Shown here: piece after piece, positions 19,155 to 29,110 of the stretch | How positions within the stretch are numbered: position 1 is the stretch's first letter | Layout of the letters: each line of letters opens with the position of its first letter | NCBI GenBank assembly: GCA_002507425.1 | Contig: DAZU01000067.1 | Location: 2,502-66,501 of the forward strand | From: Euryarchaeota archaeon UBA53 | Lineage (GTDB): Archaea; Thermoplasmatota; Poseidoniia; Poseidoniales; Poseidoniaceae | DNA: 64,000 bases | Direction of reading: 5' to 3' | Translations under genes and position numbers: made by a program | Notes under the pieces: model-generated | What the model was told of the DNA's origin: nothing | What the model saw: the letters and a program-made list of their open reading frames with translations, nothing else | Databases searched by the model: none

Positions 19155-19237
19155 CGCGGCGAGGGGGATTCGAACCCCCGCGGGAACACCCATCGGATTA
19201 GCAATCCGACGCAATGGCCAGGCTATGCGATCGCCGC
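19155..19237 (-). tRNA. tRNA-Ser(GCT)
   Basis: Minus strand folds as acceptor GCGGCGA/TCGCCGC, anticodon arm TCGGA-TTGCTAA-TCCGA, long variable arm and T arm GGGGG-TTCGAAT-CCCCC; G discriminator; no encoded CCA and no intron. Confidence 0.96.
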
Positions 19238-19286
19238 AGTTGGTTTTGCGACTTTGATACTTGAAATAAATAAGACGGTCAGTAAT

Positions 19287-22235
19287 CTAACTGAAGAAAT
19301 CCTCGAAGTCATCATCCAAATTCTCAGATTGTTTGGCTTCCCTTCTCTTGAAGATTCTCAACATACGTTTCCTCTTTTTGAGTATTATTGGAAGTCCTAT
19401 GAAATTGACTATGATAACCACAAGAAGAACAATTCCAGCCAATTGGAAGTTATCTTGCTCCATGAAGTCTTCCAGTTCTCCCAGCCATTCAATGCCATAG
19501 GGAGGCTCAGGAGGGGCTTCTGGTTCGGGAATTCGATGTTGATTGAACTGCCAATATTGATCCTCAATGTATACCCTCTCTACGTTCGAGGACGGGTAAT
19601 CAATTATCGTCAACTCATTACCAACAATATCCACTGGAGCTAAAATGTAGTAATAGGTTCTGTAAGGCCTAATTCCATCATACTCGAGTCCGGTTTGGGT
19701 GAATAATCCTTGTTCTCCCGGGACATTTACCAACCCCGTTGCTATTGGATTGATGAACCTCAAATCAACATTATCTGGCTGTTGTTCTATTCTATACATA
19801 TTCCATGATAGATTTCCATCGGGTTCATTTTCAGGCCAAGTCCATGATAGAGTAAGTTCATAGCACATGTCCCAATTATTTTTTGCAGCGTGGCAGTTGG
19901 TATCATTTGTGTATACGACATTGGATTGTAATCCTGAGACTTCAGATACAGGGTCAATAGCATCACCACAGGTCAACCCAGGTGAACCGTCAACTAGTGA
20001 TACTTCAGCTTCTAGATAGTCAGGAGTTCCAGCTCTGTCTATTGGAATGACCGCATATGATGAACAAATTCCGGTAGATAGTGGGCGCTCATCAGTCCAT
20101 GTATTCACGGTTCCCTCCAGTGTTGCTGATAACGTGCCTTGCATCAGACCTTCCCAGACAAATCTACTGGGTACTTCATCCGGGTTAGGGAAATATGCAG
20201 AAACGGTTACTGGGCTGGTAACTCTGAATATTTTCCATCCTCCAAAATAAGGGTTTGATAAATCTCCAGTTGAATTCCAGTCAAGTCTCATTTTACCATC
20301 TGGAAGCAGGGTTAAAATAGGGTTTTCCAGGTCAATTTCTGGGGAGGGTAAATCTCCGACTATTAGTAAGTCCATGTTGCTTGTTATATTCACTCTAAGT
20401 GTGTCATTGTCGATTACTTCATAACTTTCTTCGGGGCTAAGTGGGTCCCAATCTATTTGGTTATAATCCAGTAATTTGTAAACTCCAATACTCTCTCTTG
20501 GAATATTATCTGGAATAACATTTGATAAATTGACATCAAATTCCATCCAATCCATCCCTGCATCGGCTACATCAGTAGTCGGAATGACGTCGATGGACAT
20601 GCGAATTAAGGGTTCTAGGTTTTCACCAGGGGCGTAGTTTGCTCCGACTACAGGGTAGTCAAACTCTGCAATACCCTTTGCATGAGTCCGTGTCACAGCC
20701 GACCCAGTTAGCCAATTTCCGACGCTGATATCCGTGCTATTGTATATTGTAATAGGTGTTGTTTCGGATTCCACAGTTCCAAGGGAATCGGTTGCACGCA
20801 CTGTAATGTAGTGGTCTCCTAGACCAAGAGATGTCGCAGGTATGGATACATTTTGACCAACTCCTAGTTGTATGATTCCGCTCATCCACCATGTATATGT
20901 TAAGGGGGCAGCAGCCGTTGCAGAGACTCTTGTATTTAATTCGATTAAATCAGCAGTTTTGTATGTACCGTAAAAGCTGGTTTGCTCTATGATGGGATTG
21001 ATATCTCCTCTAACTACCTCTGAAATCACATTCAGTATATTGTCAGAGGGTTTTTGATCCAACCCTTCATTCAACGCCTCGCTTACGAATACCTTTAATT
21101 TCTTATCACCTAATCCATTTAGATTAAACAAGCACTGGTAATCTTCTCCAGGAACTATTTCGTCAGGCAGGCAATCCTCTTGTTGTTCCACGTTTTCATC
21201 TAAACTCATTACAGTGAATCTGACAAGTGGCTCTACCACCGTATGATTCCCTAGATTAGAGATAGTTACAGACACACTATCATTTCCATAGAAATAAACA
21301 GCAGAATTTGGGGCATAGGTCGGGTTCATGGAGTCTATACGTAAATCTACTGTATCATCAAAAGTAACTACCATGCTCTGAATGTCATTGTAGACATTCA
21401 TATCTCCGGATGGGGTTCCAGACGAGTTAAGAATGCCATAATATAGAGTATAAATTCCTTCAGAGTCAAAATTTACTGGGGGTAGATTCCTTGTAAATAC
21501 GCTCTCTCCCCAATCAGGAAGATTACTGTATGAAATGGTTGCACTAGCCCTTTCTGTTCCAAAGTTGTCAACTATTTTCCATCCCAGATCTGCCACTAGA
21601 CCACAACTTCCACAAGACTTGACAAGTCCATCAAGGGATATTGCATAATCAGTGTTCGTATTGAGTATGGGTTTGTTATCATAAATAGCTAAGTCTTCGA
21701 TTTGGCTGAGTATATCCTGCTCTTCAAATATAACATCGACTAACTTTCTAGCAAGATTGAAATTGTATAATTTCGCGTCGTTAGTAGTGTTAGTATCCGA
21801 ATCTACGAATCTATAGACTATTGTGTAAAGACCTTCATCCCCGTTTGAGGAAAAATAATTTGAGAAACTATAGGCCACACTCTCACCCACCACGATCGGT
21901 TCAACCGAACCAATACCGTATCCATCTCGATTATTGTAGCAATCGTTTTCAGATTGCATGCCCTCACAAACAAACCATTCAATAGACCTTGATTGAGTGT
22001 TGTAGAAAAACCCAGAATTTTTTATCTCAACTTCGAGATATACTGGATCCCATGCTGACATGTAATCTCCGGGTAACGGTGAAATAGATCTAGTAATTTC
22101 ATAGTCACCGCTTATTGATGCTGTTGCGCTTGGTGCTGCAATTATAGCCCCAACAGAAGTCAAAATCAGAAGCGAGACTAATGAAAGAGCACCTTTTGAG
22201 GAACTCCTTTGTTTGTCAACGCTTTCGCAGGCCAT
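19287..22235 (-). CDS. Large cell-surface protein (signal peptide, Ig/CARDB/PKD/Fn3-like domains, C-terminal TM anchor)
   Basis: N-terminal hydrophobic signal ending ATA-S; acidic, beta-rich body with many NxS/T sequons; GDHYITVRATDS PKD-like strand; C-terminal TM followed by KKRKR. Confidence 0.75.
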   Translation of the reverse strand: MACESVDKQRSSSKGALSLVSLLILTSVGAIIAAPSATASISGDYEITRSISPLPGDYMSAWDPVYLEVEIKNSGFFYNTQSRSIEWFVCEGMQSENDCYNNRDGYGIGSVEPIVVGESVAYSFSNYFSSNGDEGLYTIVYRFVDSDTNTTNDAKLYNFNLARKLVDVIFEEQDILSQIEDLAIYDNKPILNTNTDYAISLDGLVKSCGSCGLVADLGWKIVDNFGTERASATISYSNLPDWGESVFTRNLPPVNFDSEGIYTLYYGILNSSGTPSGDMNVYNDIQSMVVTFDDTVDLRIDSMNPTYAPNSAVYFYGNDSVSVTISNLGNHTVVEPLVRFTVMSLDENVEQQEDCLPDEIVPGEDYQCLFNLNGLGDKKLKVFVSEALNEGLDQKPSDNILNVISEVVRGDINPIIEQTSFYGTYKTADLIELNTRVSATAAAPLTYTWWMSGIIQLGVGQNVSIPATSLGLGDHYITVRATDSLGTVESETTPITIYNSTDISVGNWLTGSAVTRTHAKGIAEFDYPVVGANYAPGENLEPLIRMSIDVIPTTDVADAGMDWMEFDVNLSNVIPDNIPRESIGVYKLLDYNQIDWDPLSPEESYEVIDNDTLRVNITSNMDLLIVGDLPSPEIDLENPILTLLPDGKMRLDWNSTGDLSNPYFGGWKIFRVTSPVTVSAYFPNPDEVPSRFVWEGLMQGTLSATLEGTVNTWTDERPLSTGICSSYAVIPIDRAGTPDYLEAEVSLVDGSPGLTCGDAIDPVSEVSGLQSNVVYTNDTNCHAAKNNWDMCYELTLSWTWPENEPDGNLSWNMYRIEQQPDNVDLRFINPIATGLVNVPGEQGLFTQTGLEYDGIRPYRTYYYILAPVDIVGNELTIIDYPSSNVERVYIEDQYWQFNQHRIPEPEAPPEPPYGIEWLGELEDFMEQDNFQLAGIVLLVVIIVNFIGLPIILKKRKRMLRIFKRREAKQSENLDDDFEDFFS

Positions 22236-22358
22236 GAAAGGGTGGTAGTATCATTTACTCAAATATCAATCGGTGAACGAAGTCATAAAACGGGGCATTG
22301 TTTGATTTTGAGGAAAAATTGGCGACACACTCAATATGATGTCCTCTTACCGATTACT

Positions 22359-23438
22359 ATGGAGAGGCGCAAGTCTGGCAATCTTGCTGCGTCCAACGAT
22401 GAAAACGCAGTTGTCGCTGTTGTTGAATTCTTATCAGCATTCACTCTATTTCTAATGATTTTAACAGCCTTTATGTCACTTGCCCAATTAGAACTTGGTA
22501 GTAACGACCCTTACACAGATTTAGTGGACAGATCAGCAGTTGATGGTCTAGATAGGCTTACTAATGGTGAAGGATGGTTTGTTCCATATGTCGATGGTGT
22601 TAGAGATCAAGCTAATGCTACGAAGGATTGGCATCAAATCTCTCCAACAGAGATTGAAAAGGGCGTGATTCAGCCAGGCATAATGAAAAACGGTTTATTG
22701 GATTTTGATAGAATTAACGCCCTGTGTAATGTTAGCGTTGAGGCCATAACAAATGGACTTGGACTTTCATACGACCTTCAAATAAAGCTGTTGGTGCAAG
22801 TCATACAATCTTCAAATGATTCAGAGGTTGGACAGATACTTTTCAATGGTGGCTCAGACCGATCAACAGCGAGCATGTCATCGGTATCAAGTAGATTGTT
22901 CATATCCGAAGACCGAGTTATATCAGTGAGTTTAGAGGTGCATGATGGAGCGGATTCTCCAAGAATACTGCGTATAACAGAAGTTTCGCCGAGGCCTGCT
23001 GAAAACGGACCCGAGTGGATTGAAGTCGAAAACAAGAATGGCTTTGCAATCTCGCTAAAAGGTTGGTCATTTGAAAGAAATGGAACCAATGGTCAAAGTG
23101 ATTATCTCTACAAAGAAGGAGTAATTCCGGGAGGAAAATTGGCAATTTTTTCAGGTGACCCTTCTAGCCAAGAGATTGGAAATGCAAGTGCAGTGTTTGA
23201 TCTTGGTAGCACTGGATTTTTGGGTGTTGGAAACATAAATGGCCTTGACGAATATAAAGGACGTTTGAGGTTATTGTTCGCAGAGGAGGATGAAGGTATA
23301 GGTTCACAGATATGCAAAGTAGAGTGGAGCCGAGCAGACGGAATTGGTCTTGATTATACAATAATTTGGAATGGTGGGCTTCCATATCTTAAATCTTCAT
23401 GGAATATCTCAAACACATCAACTCCGGGTTTTGTTTGA
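22359..23438 (+). CDS. Pilin-like N-terminus fused to a lamin-tail domain (LTD)
   Basis: DENA|VVAVVEFLSAFTLFLMIL resembles a class III-type signal; LRITEVSPRP..PEWIEVEN.....SLKGWSF is the LTD motif. ATG at 22359 avoids overlap with the divergent gene. Confidence 0.68.
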   Translation: MERRKSGNLAASNDENAVVAVVEFLSAFTLFLMILTAFMSLAQLELGSNDPYTDLVDRSAVDGLDRLTNGEGWFVPYVDGVRDQANATKDWHQISPTEIEKGVIQPGIMKNGLLDFDRINALCNVSVEAITNGLGLSYDLQIKLLVQVIQSSNDSEVGQILFNGGSDRSTASMSSVSSRLFISEDRVISVSLEVHDGADSPRILRITEVSPRPAENGPEWIEVENKNGFAISLKGWSFERNGTNGQSDYLYKEGVIPGGKLAIFSGDPSSQEIGNASAVFDLGSTGFLGVGNINGLDEYKGRLRLLFAEEDEGIGSQICKVEWSRADGIGLDYTIIWNGGLPYLKSSWNISNTSTPGFV

Positions 23439-23491
23439 GCGTTTTTGGCGTATCGTTCATTTAGTGTGATTGTTTGGGTATACTGTTACCA

Positions 23492-24274
23492 ATGCAGCCA
23501 GCAACTGTGTATAGTCGAGACCGTTGCATAACGGGCATTCATGGCATGGACGAGATTCTTCGCGGTGGAATACCCTATGGGTCTACGGTTTTGGCAGCAG
23601 GAACATGTGGATCAGGCAAAACAACACTTGGCATGGAGTTCCTCGTAAGGGGTGCTTTAGCTGGTGAAGCATGCGCACACTTCACAGCAACGGAACCAAG
23701 TGTAAAATTACTGGAGAATATAAGGCAATACGCATTTTTTGATATGAATATGATTGATAGCGGTTTAATCAATGTATTCGACATGGATGTTCTATACTCC
23801 TGGCTAGGTTTGGACAAGGCGTCGTTTGATTTAGAAGATGTTCATGCACTGATCAAAGCAATAGTGGATATTGTAAACACTATCGGTGTTACGAGACTTG
23901 TCATAGATTCTGTTACAACGCTTTGTTACAAAATCAAGAGTGAGCAACTTATCCGTGATTTCCTGTTCACATTAGGTAAAAAACTAGCAACCCTTGGATG
24001 CACAACAATTCTGATTTCTGAAATTACATCTGCATCCGAAAACGCGCACTGGTCATCTTTTGGAGTAGAGGAAGCTATTGCAGACGGAATAATAGTTATG
24101 GGAGATGTTGAACGTATGGGACACTTGCTCAGATTTTTGCAGGTAGTAAAAATGAGGGGAACATCCCATAGTAGGGCAAAACACTCAATTGAGTTAACTC
24201 CACTAGGTGTAATGCTAACTCCTATGCTAAAATGGGGAGCAGTAAATGATAACACAAACAGGTGGGGTGCTTGA
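23492..24274 (+). CDS. KaiC/RAD55-family RecA-fold ATPase (single domain, intact motifs)
   Basis: TGIHGMDEILRGG, GTCGSGKT, LVIDS, GVEEAIADG, VVKMRGT. Confidence 0.92.
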   Translation: MQPATVYSRDRCITGIHGMDEILRGGIPYGSTVLAAGTCGSGKTTLGMEFLVRGALAGEACAHFTATEPSVKLLENIRQYAFFDMNMIDSGLINVFDMDVLYSWLGLDKASFDLEDVHALIKAIVDIVNTIGVTRLVIDSVTTLCYKIKSEQLIRDFLFTLGKKLATLGCTTILISEITSASENAHWSSFGVEEAIADGIIVMGDVERMGHLLRFLQVVKMRGTSHSRAKHSIELTPLGVMLTPMLKWGAVNDNTNRWGA

Positions 24275-24860
24275 TTTGTTTGAGTTAGATCAAAGAATAG
24301 CAGAGCAACTTTCAGAAGTCAGCTTGAGCTCTTCGATACAGGTAAGGTGTGGAAATTCTAATGCGTTCATGGTTACTGCTTCTACTATGATACCTTTGAT
24401 GCAAATGTTCGAGATGGGAGGTGTTTACATCTGCGCAACTAGAGGGGCGGTTGAGATTATCGAGGCATTTGAAACAATTGGTATTGATGTGTCTAACATT
24501 CAATTTATCGATCTGGTATCCTCGGGAATCCTTGGAGGAACAGACGTGCAATATAGCAACATAACTTTCATAGACAGTCCAATAATGCTTGAGAGCGTTT
24601 TATTGAGAACACTATATCGCTTGAGAATAGCAAATACAGAAAGAAATTTTGTATTAATTGATTCTGTAAACTCTCTTGCCATATACAACGAAGAGAAAAT
24701 GCTTGCTGAGTATCTTCATACCTTCATCAATACATTTAGGCAAAGAGAGGTTCTAACAGTAATTCTAAATGTTCCAGACCAGGTACCACCTTCTGTTCTT
24801 TCCAACTTAGATCTCTATTGCACTGACCTTATCGATAGGGGACAAGTAGTTATTCACTAA
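24246..24860 (+). CDS. Truncated/inactivated KaiC-like RecA-fold protein (DUF835/FlaH-like)
   Basis: GVYI, FIDLVS and VLIDSVNSLAIYN pattern, but no Walker A; start uncertain (24246-24276). Confidence 0.65.
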   Translation: MITQTGGVLDLFELDQRIAEQLSEVSLSSSIQVRCGNSNAFMVTASTMIPLMQMFEMGGVYICATRGAVEIIEAFETIGIDVSNIQFIDLVSSGILGGTDVQYSNITFIDSPIMLESVLLRTLYRLRIANTERNFVLIDSVNSLAIYNEEKMLAEYLHTFINTFRQREVLTVILNVPDQVPPSVLSNLDLYCTDLIDRGQVVIH

Positions 24861-24872
24861 GGGTTGGTTTAA

Positions 24873-25676
24873 ATGAACAAGCAAATAAAATTCGATTCCG
24901 AAGATGAGGACTTCTTCGGAAGTGTTGGCAGTTTTGGTGTTCCCAAATTTGACAATGCTATGCATGGAGGAGTGCCGAGAGGATTTTTGGTGGTAGGTTT
25001 TACAGAGGTGGGATCCGGTTCAGAGCTCTTTGCTAAACAGTTCACGTCTCCAGCCGAGGAACCAGACAACACAATCCTAATTTCTACCGATGAGTCACAG
25101 TTGGAAATTGCTCGTGTTTTCAAGAAATATAATTGGCCAACAGATATTGCTGTAAGAACACTTGGAGAAGAGTATAACGCTCGAGTCTTAGAAAAAGAGC
25201 TACTAGCCAGTAGATACCGATTGGAGGGCTTTAAATTACCAGATATCCAAAGACTTGCCCAAACCAGATTTGTGGATGATGATACCCAGGATTTCTTAAC
25301 AGAAATGACGAATGAGGTTATGGCTATGGGTCCATATTTCAGAGCTGTTATCGACTCTTTGGATTTCTTCATGCAGAGAGAAGATCCGGGACGGGTAGTA
25401 GCTATGTTGCGTATGATGCAAGCACATACACAACTCAATCGAGGTATTCTATTTATCACAGTCTCAAATGACACGATTACACCAGCTGTCAAACAGGAAA
25501 TGGCTGCAATTGCAGATATGGTTTGCGACTTCAAAGTTAGAACAATTGGTTCTGACTTTGAGACTTCCATGATTGTTTCAAAATTTAGAAATGCTCCTGA
25601 AAATCTCTCGATAATGGTTTACAGAGTAACTCCGGAAGAGGGAATAACACCTGAGACTGTTGAGCGTATTGCATGA
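24873..25676 (+). CDS. KaiC/RAD55-family protein with degenerate Walker A
   Basis: FGVPKFDNAMHGGVPRG, EVGSGSELF (no GKT), AVIDSL, IADMV, VSKFRN. Confidence 0.85.
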   Translation: MNKQIKFDSEDEDFFGSVGSFGVPKFDNAMHGGVPRGFLVVGFTEVGSGSELFAKQFTSPAEEPDNTILISTDESQLEIARVFKKYNWPTDIAVRTLGEEYNARVLEKELLASRYRLEGFKLPDIQRLAQTRFVDDDTQDFLTEMTNEVMAMGPYFRAVIDSLDFFMQREDPGRVVAMLRMMQAHTQLNRGILFITVSNDTITPAVKQEMAAIADMVCDFKVRTIGSDFETSMIVSKFRNAPENLSIMVYRVTPEEGITPETVERIA

Positions 25677-25842
25677 TGTGAAACTCTCTAACATCAACTG
25701 CTTGAAATCAAACAATGCTAAAGATTCAGACACCTATTGCTCCCATTGTTGCAAAACAAATGCGTTGCTAAAACGGCGAATCTTAAACACATTTTGAGGC
25801 ATCATATATCCTTGGACTTTGGGCTTTAAAAAATTAAGTTGT

Positions 25843-26583
25843 TTACTCTGGCTTTCTAGCTTTGAATCTGCTTGACATTCCTGGGAATAATAGTCTGGCT
25901 TTCACGTCGTTATATCCTATCTCTTTCATAACATTCTTGTAATAAGAGTGAGTTCCGTAATGCGTGTAAGTTCTTGCTAACCATTTCCAAGGGTGATTAG
26001 GATTTCTTGTCACAATCCTTGCAACCCATTGGACAAAAGTGCCCATATACAACCTGCCTACAAGTCCATGCAACCAATTTGCCTTTCCAGCATCACAAAT
26101 TACCAGCTGACCTCCAGGTTTCAGGACTCTAAAAATTTCAGTTAGTCCTTGTTTTTTGTCTTTAAAGTCTCTAAATGAAAATAAACAGAATACCCGGTCA
26201 AAAGTGTCACTTGGAAGTGGTATCTCTTCAGCTATTGCCTCAACATATGCTGCTGGTTTTTCTCCCCTAGATTTTCTTGCTTTGTTAACTCTTTTTTTAC
26301 ATACCTTCAACATTTCTGCACTAGGGTCTAAACAGGTGAGATCGACATCTTCTAGGTCAACTGCGAAAGACCCTGGGCCACATCCAACTTCCAATACTTT
26401 CATTCCAGGCTTAGCATGACTTCTAACATGTTTCCTCATACCCTTGTCGAATCCAAGAGTCATAATTTTGTTGACTTTATCATAAACAGGAATTGTTGCT
26501 TCGAGTTGCCTCTCTAACTCAGTCCATGCCTCCTCATCAATGCCTGATGGGTCGAATCCTTGGGTTGCAGAGCGGTCTGGCAT
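25843..26583 (-). CDS. UbiE/MenG-family SAM-dependent methyltransferase
   Basis: YDKVNKIMTLG, VLEVGCGPG, EIFRVLKPGG. Confidence 0.85.
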   Translation of the reverse strand: MPDRSATQGFDPSGIDEEAWTELERQLEATIPVYDKVNKIMTLGFDKGMRKHVRSHAKPGMKVLEVGCGPGSFAVDLEDVDLTCLDPSAEMLKVCKKRVNKARKSRGEKPAAYVEAIAEEIPLPSDTFDRVFCLFSFRDFKDKKQGLTEIFRVLKPGGQLVICDAGKANWLHGLVGRLYMGTFVQWVARIVTRNPNHPWKWLARTYTHYGTHSYYKNVMKEIGYNDVKARLLFPGMSSRFKARKPE

Positions 26584-26715
26584 AGCCTACCCTTGTGCAT
26601 TTTGGTTTTGACAATTTGGTCCTATTGAGAATACAACAAGATTTTAATGATATTTTTTCAGACCACATTGGTTATCAACCGGGTGCATTTCGGAGGAATA
26701 CCTAGGGGTGAATAC

Positions 26716-27033
26716 ATGGGTCTTCCAGAAGTCCTTCAAAGTATAAAAAACGCTGAAGAATCCGCCGACGCCAAAATTGCAGCGTCCAAAGAGGAGGCAG
26801 CCAAATTAATATCTGAGGCAAGAAAAGAAGCCTTGGAACTTATCCAAAAAGCGCAGGATGATTCAGTTAGTTCGACGGTAGCCACTTTAGACTCAGCACG
26901 AGAAAAGGCGGGTAAAGAAGCTAGCACAGTTCATGCAGAAGGAGCCAAGGCTGTTGAAGAGGTGCAGAATTCCGCAGGTGATCGACGAAAAGCAGCCGTA
27001 AAGATAGTCATAGACTCCCTAATGTCAAACTGA
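26716..27033 (+). CDS. atpH: A-type ATP synthase subunit H
   Basis: EVLQSIKNAEESA..I..EA coiled coil; first gene of the operon; GGTGA RBS 4 nt before ATG 26716. Confidence 0.85.
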   Translation: MGLPEVLQSIKNAEESADAKIAASKEEAAKLISEARKEALELIQKAQDDSVSSTVATLDSAREKAGKEASTVHAEGAKAVEEVQNSAGDRRKAAVKIVIDSLMSN

Positions 27034-27042
27034 GGAATAATC

Positions 27043-29082
27043 ATGTTCAGCTCGGTTGAAATGTCAAAACTGACAATGGCTGGGTCTATCGACAATTTGG
27101 ACAACTTGTTGAGAAAATGTGCTGACTTAGGTCACATTCATATCAAGCACTACTCAGAGGAGGTTGAAGGCATAACTGTTGGAACACCACACCCTGATGC
27201 GGACGAAATATCCACCATGCTGGCCAAAGTTAGGTCAGTTACAACTTCGATAAAATGTTCAAACAAAGAAGGCCCTATTGGAATGAAAAATGTTCAAAAT
27301 GCTCTCAATGACAATTTTTCAGAGGATTTAGATTTTATTCTAAACACCATTACTCAAAAGGCGAATGCTAAAACAGAAATTAGTAAAATGCAAGAAAGAA
27401 TCGATATACTTTCATCCATTAGTGCATTAGATATACCCCTCGAGCTTATGACAGGTGTAAAATCTGTTGAGGTTTATTTGGGAACTTCGGCCAAAGCTAG
27501 CAAAGTTTCTAAAATATTTTCAGAATTGATTGATAGAGTTGAACTCCATGTATCTGGGAACGTCATTGCAGTAGCTTGTCAGGGTAAAGATGCTGCTGAA
27601 GTCCAAATGGCATTTGGAGAACTGGGTGCGAAATCTGTTCAAATTCCAACGGGAGAAGGAAAGCCAAGTGATCTTTTATCTGATGCAATTGCAAATCTCA
27701 AGAAACACGAGGATTCAATAATTGAATTCGATGAAATAATCGAGTCTTGGGCTAGTAAAAATGGACGAATACTATTGGCGGTTGAGGAGCATCTCGAACG
27801 GGAATCAGACATACTAACAGGACACACTTTGTGTGCAACTAGTGCCCACGCTTACGCATTAGAAGCCTGGCTTCCGAGTGAAGAGGCCGACAAAACCAGG
27901 AGCGTTCTTTCTAAATTTTCCTCGCACATTAAAATTGAACAGTTTACTGAAGACCACGGACATGGTCATGACGACCATGATCATCACAGTACAGAGTTCC
28001 CACCTATTGAGTATGACACAATCGGAGCAACAAGGCACGCATCAGCCCTTACAAATTTAGTTGGCAGACCAAAATATGGTTCATTTGATCCAACTAGTAT
28101 GATTGCATTTACCTTCCCTATTTTCTACGGCTTAATATTAGGCGATGCAGGGTATGGTCTAATGATTATGTTACTGGCTCTGTTGATAAAATCAAAAATA
28201 GGCCACGACCCAATGGGTAAGGTAGCATCTAGAATCTTAATGAACATGGGAATTGCAACATTCATTGTTGGTGTTTTGACAGCTGAAGCATTTGGTTTCG
28301 TTATTGAAAAATGGGATGCTTTCGTCTGGTTGTATGAACCGATGTATTATTCTACAAAGTATATAATACCGAAATCAATATTTGGTGATTTATTTGGATT
28401 GACTCATACTTATCTGCCATTCCACAGAGCAGCTGGTGCCTTACAAGATTATATCTTGCTATCTATTTACCTAGGATGTGCACATCTTCTTTTCGGCTTC
28501 TTAATTGGTTTCTACAATGTGTTCAAAGCACACGGAATTGTGGCTGCATTCTTCGAGAAAGGTTCTTGGTTGCTCATTCTAATTGGTGGCTCAGCACACA
28601 TTCTACGCTTCCTGACCGACGACTCATATGGAACATTTGAAGCATCATCTTGGTCGATAATGGTCATTGTTGGCGTTTTGTGTTTGATATATGGTCTTGC
28701 GGTCTACGAAAATTTCGGTTGGCTAGGTGGTATAATAATGGGACCAATCGAAACATTTGGCCTTCTTGCAAACACGCTATCTTATCTGCGAATAATGGCA
28801 GTAGGAGTGGCGGGTGTAAAAATCGCAGAAATTGGTAATGAGATGGGATTCCACAGCATGGCTGATGCAATTTCATCAGGCGAAATTTTCTCTGCAATTC
28901 TTTTCTTCTTCCTTTGGATTGGTGTTCAAGTTTTCGCACTTGCGCTCGGTCTGTTGTCCCCAAGTATTCACGCTATCCGTCTACACTTCGTTGAGTGGAT
29001 GGGCAAGTTTTACGATGGCTCCGGTGAGGCGTTCTCACCAATTGGAGGCCGTCCCCTTCATGTGGAGGGTCACACATCATAG
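27043..29082 (+). CDS. atpI: A-type ATP synthase subunit I (a)
   Basis: DPT..FPIFYGLILGDAGYG, NTLSYLRIMAVG (essential Arg), HAIRLHFVEW. Confidence 0.96.
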   Translation: MFSSVEMSKLTMAGSIDNLDNLLRKCADLGHIHIKHYSEEVEGITVGTPHPDADEISTMLAKVRSVTTSIKCSNKEGPIGMKNVQNALNDNFSEDLDFILNTITQKANAKTEISKMQERIDILSSISALDIPLELMTGVKSVEVYLGTSAKASKVSKIFSELIDRVELHVSGNVIAVACQGKDAAEVQMAFGELGAKSVQIPTGEGKPSDLLSDAIANLKKHEDSIIEFDEIIESWASKNGRILLAVEEHLERESDILTGHTLCATSAHAYALEAWLPSEEADKTRSVLSKFSSHIKIEQFTEDHGHGHDDHDHHSTEFPPIEYDTIGATRHASALTNLVGRPKYGSFDPTSMIAFTFPIFYGLILGDAGYGLMIMLLALLIKSKIGHDPMGKVASRILMNMGIATFIVGVLTAEAFGFVIEKWDAFVWLYEPMYYSTKYIIPKSIFGDLFGLTHTYLPFHRAAGALQDYILLSIYLGCAHLLFGFLIGFYNVFKAHGIVAAFFEKGSWLLILIGGSAHILRFLTDDSYGTFEASSWSIMVIVGVLCLIYGLAVYENFGWLGGIIMGPIETFGLLANTLSYLRIMAVGVAGVKIAEIGNEMGFHSMADAISSGEIFSAILFFFLWIGVQVFALALGLLSPSIHAIRLHFVEWMGKFYDGSGEAFSPIGGRPLHVEGHTS

Positions 29083-29110
29083 TCCAAATGGACAAACAGG
29101 AGGTAAAAAT

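Noticed and set aside
19155-19286. tRNA-Ser as an integration site for an island
   Set aside because: No integrase and no duplicated tRNA 3' end were seen, and the flanking genes look chromosomal.
23492-25676. Circadian kaiABC clock
   Set aside because: The proteins are single-domain, lack the CII Ser/Thr phosphosite, and no kaiA or kaiB is present in the window.
25677-25842. 166-bp gap between convergent genes as a small ORF or ncRNA
   Set aside because: Only very short ORFs and no convincing structure were seen.
27951-27990. His-rich tract DHGHGHDDHDHH in ATP synthase subunit I
   Set aside because: It is a low-complexity linker at a variable loop of subunit I; there is no evidence of a separate function.
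28832-29110. N-terminal extension of atpK in the ORF track
   Set aside because: It overlaps atpI out of frame; the RBS supports ATG 29111.
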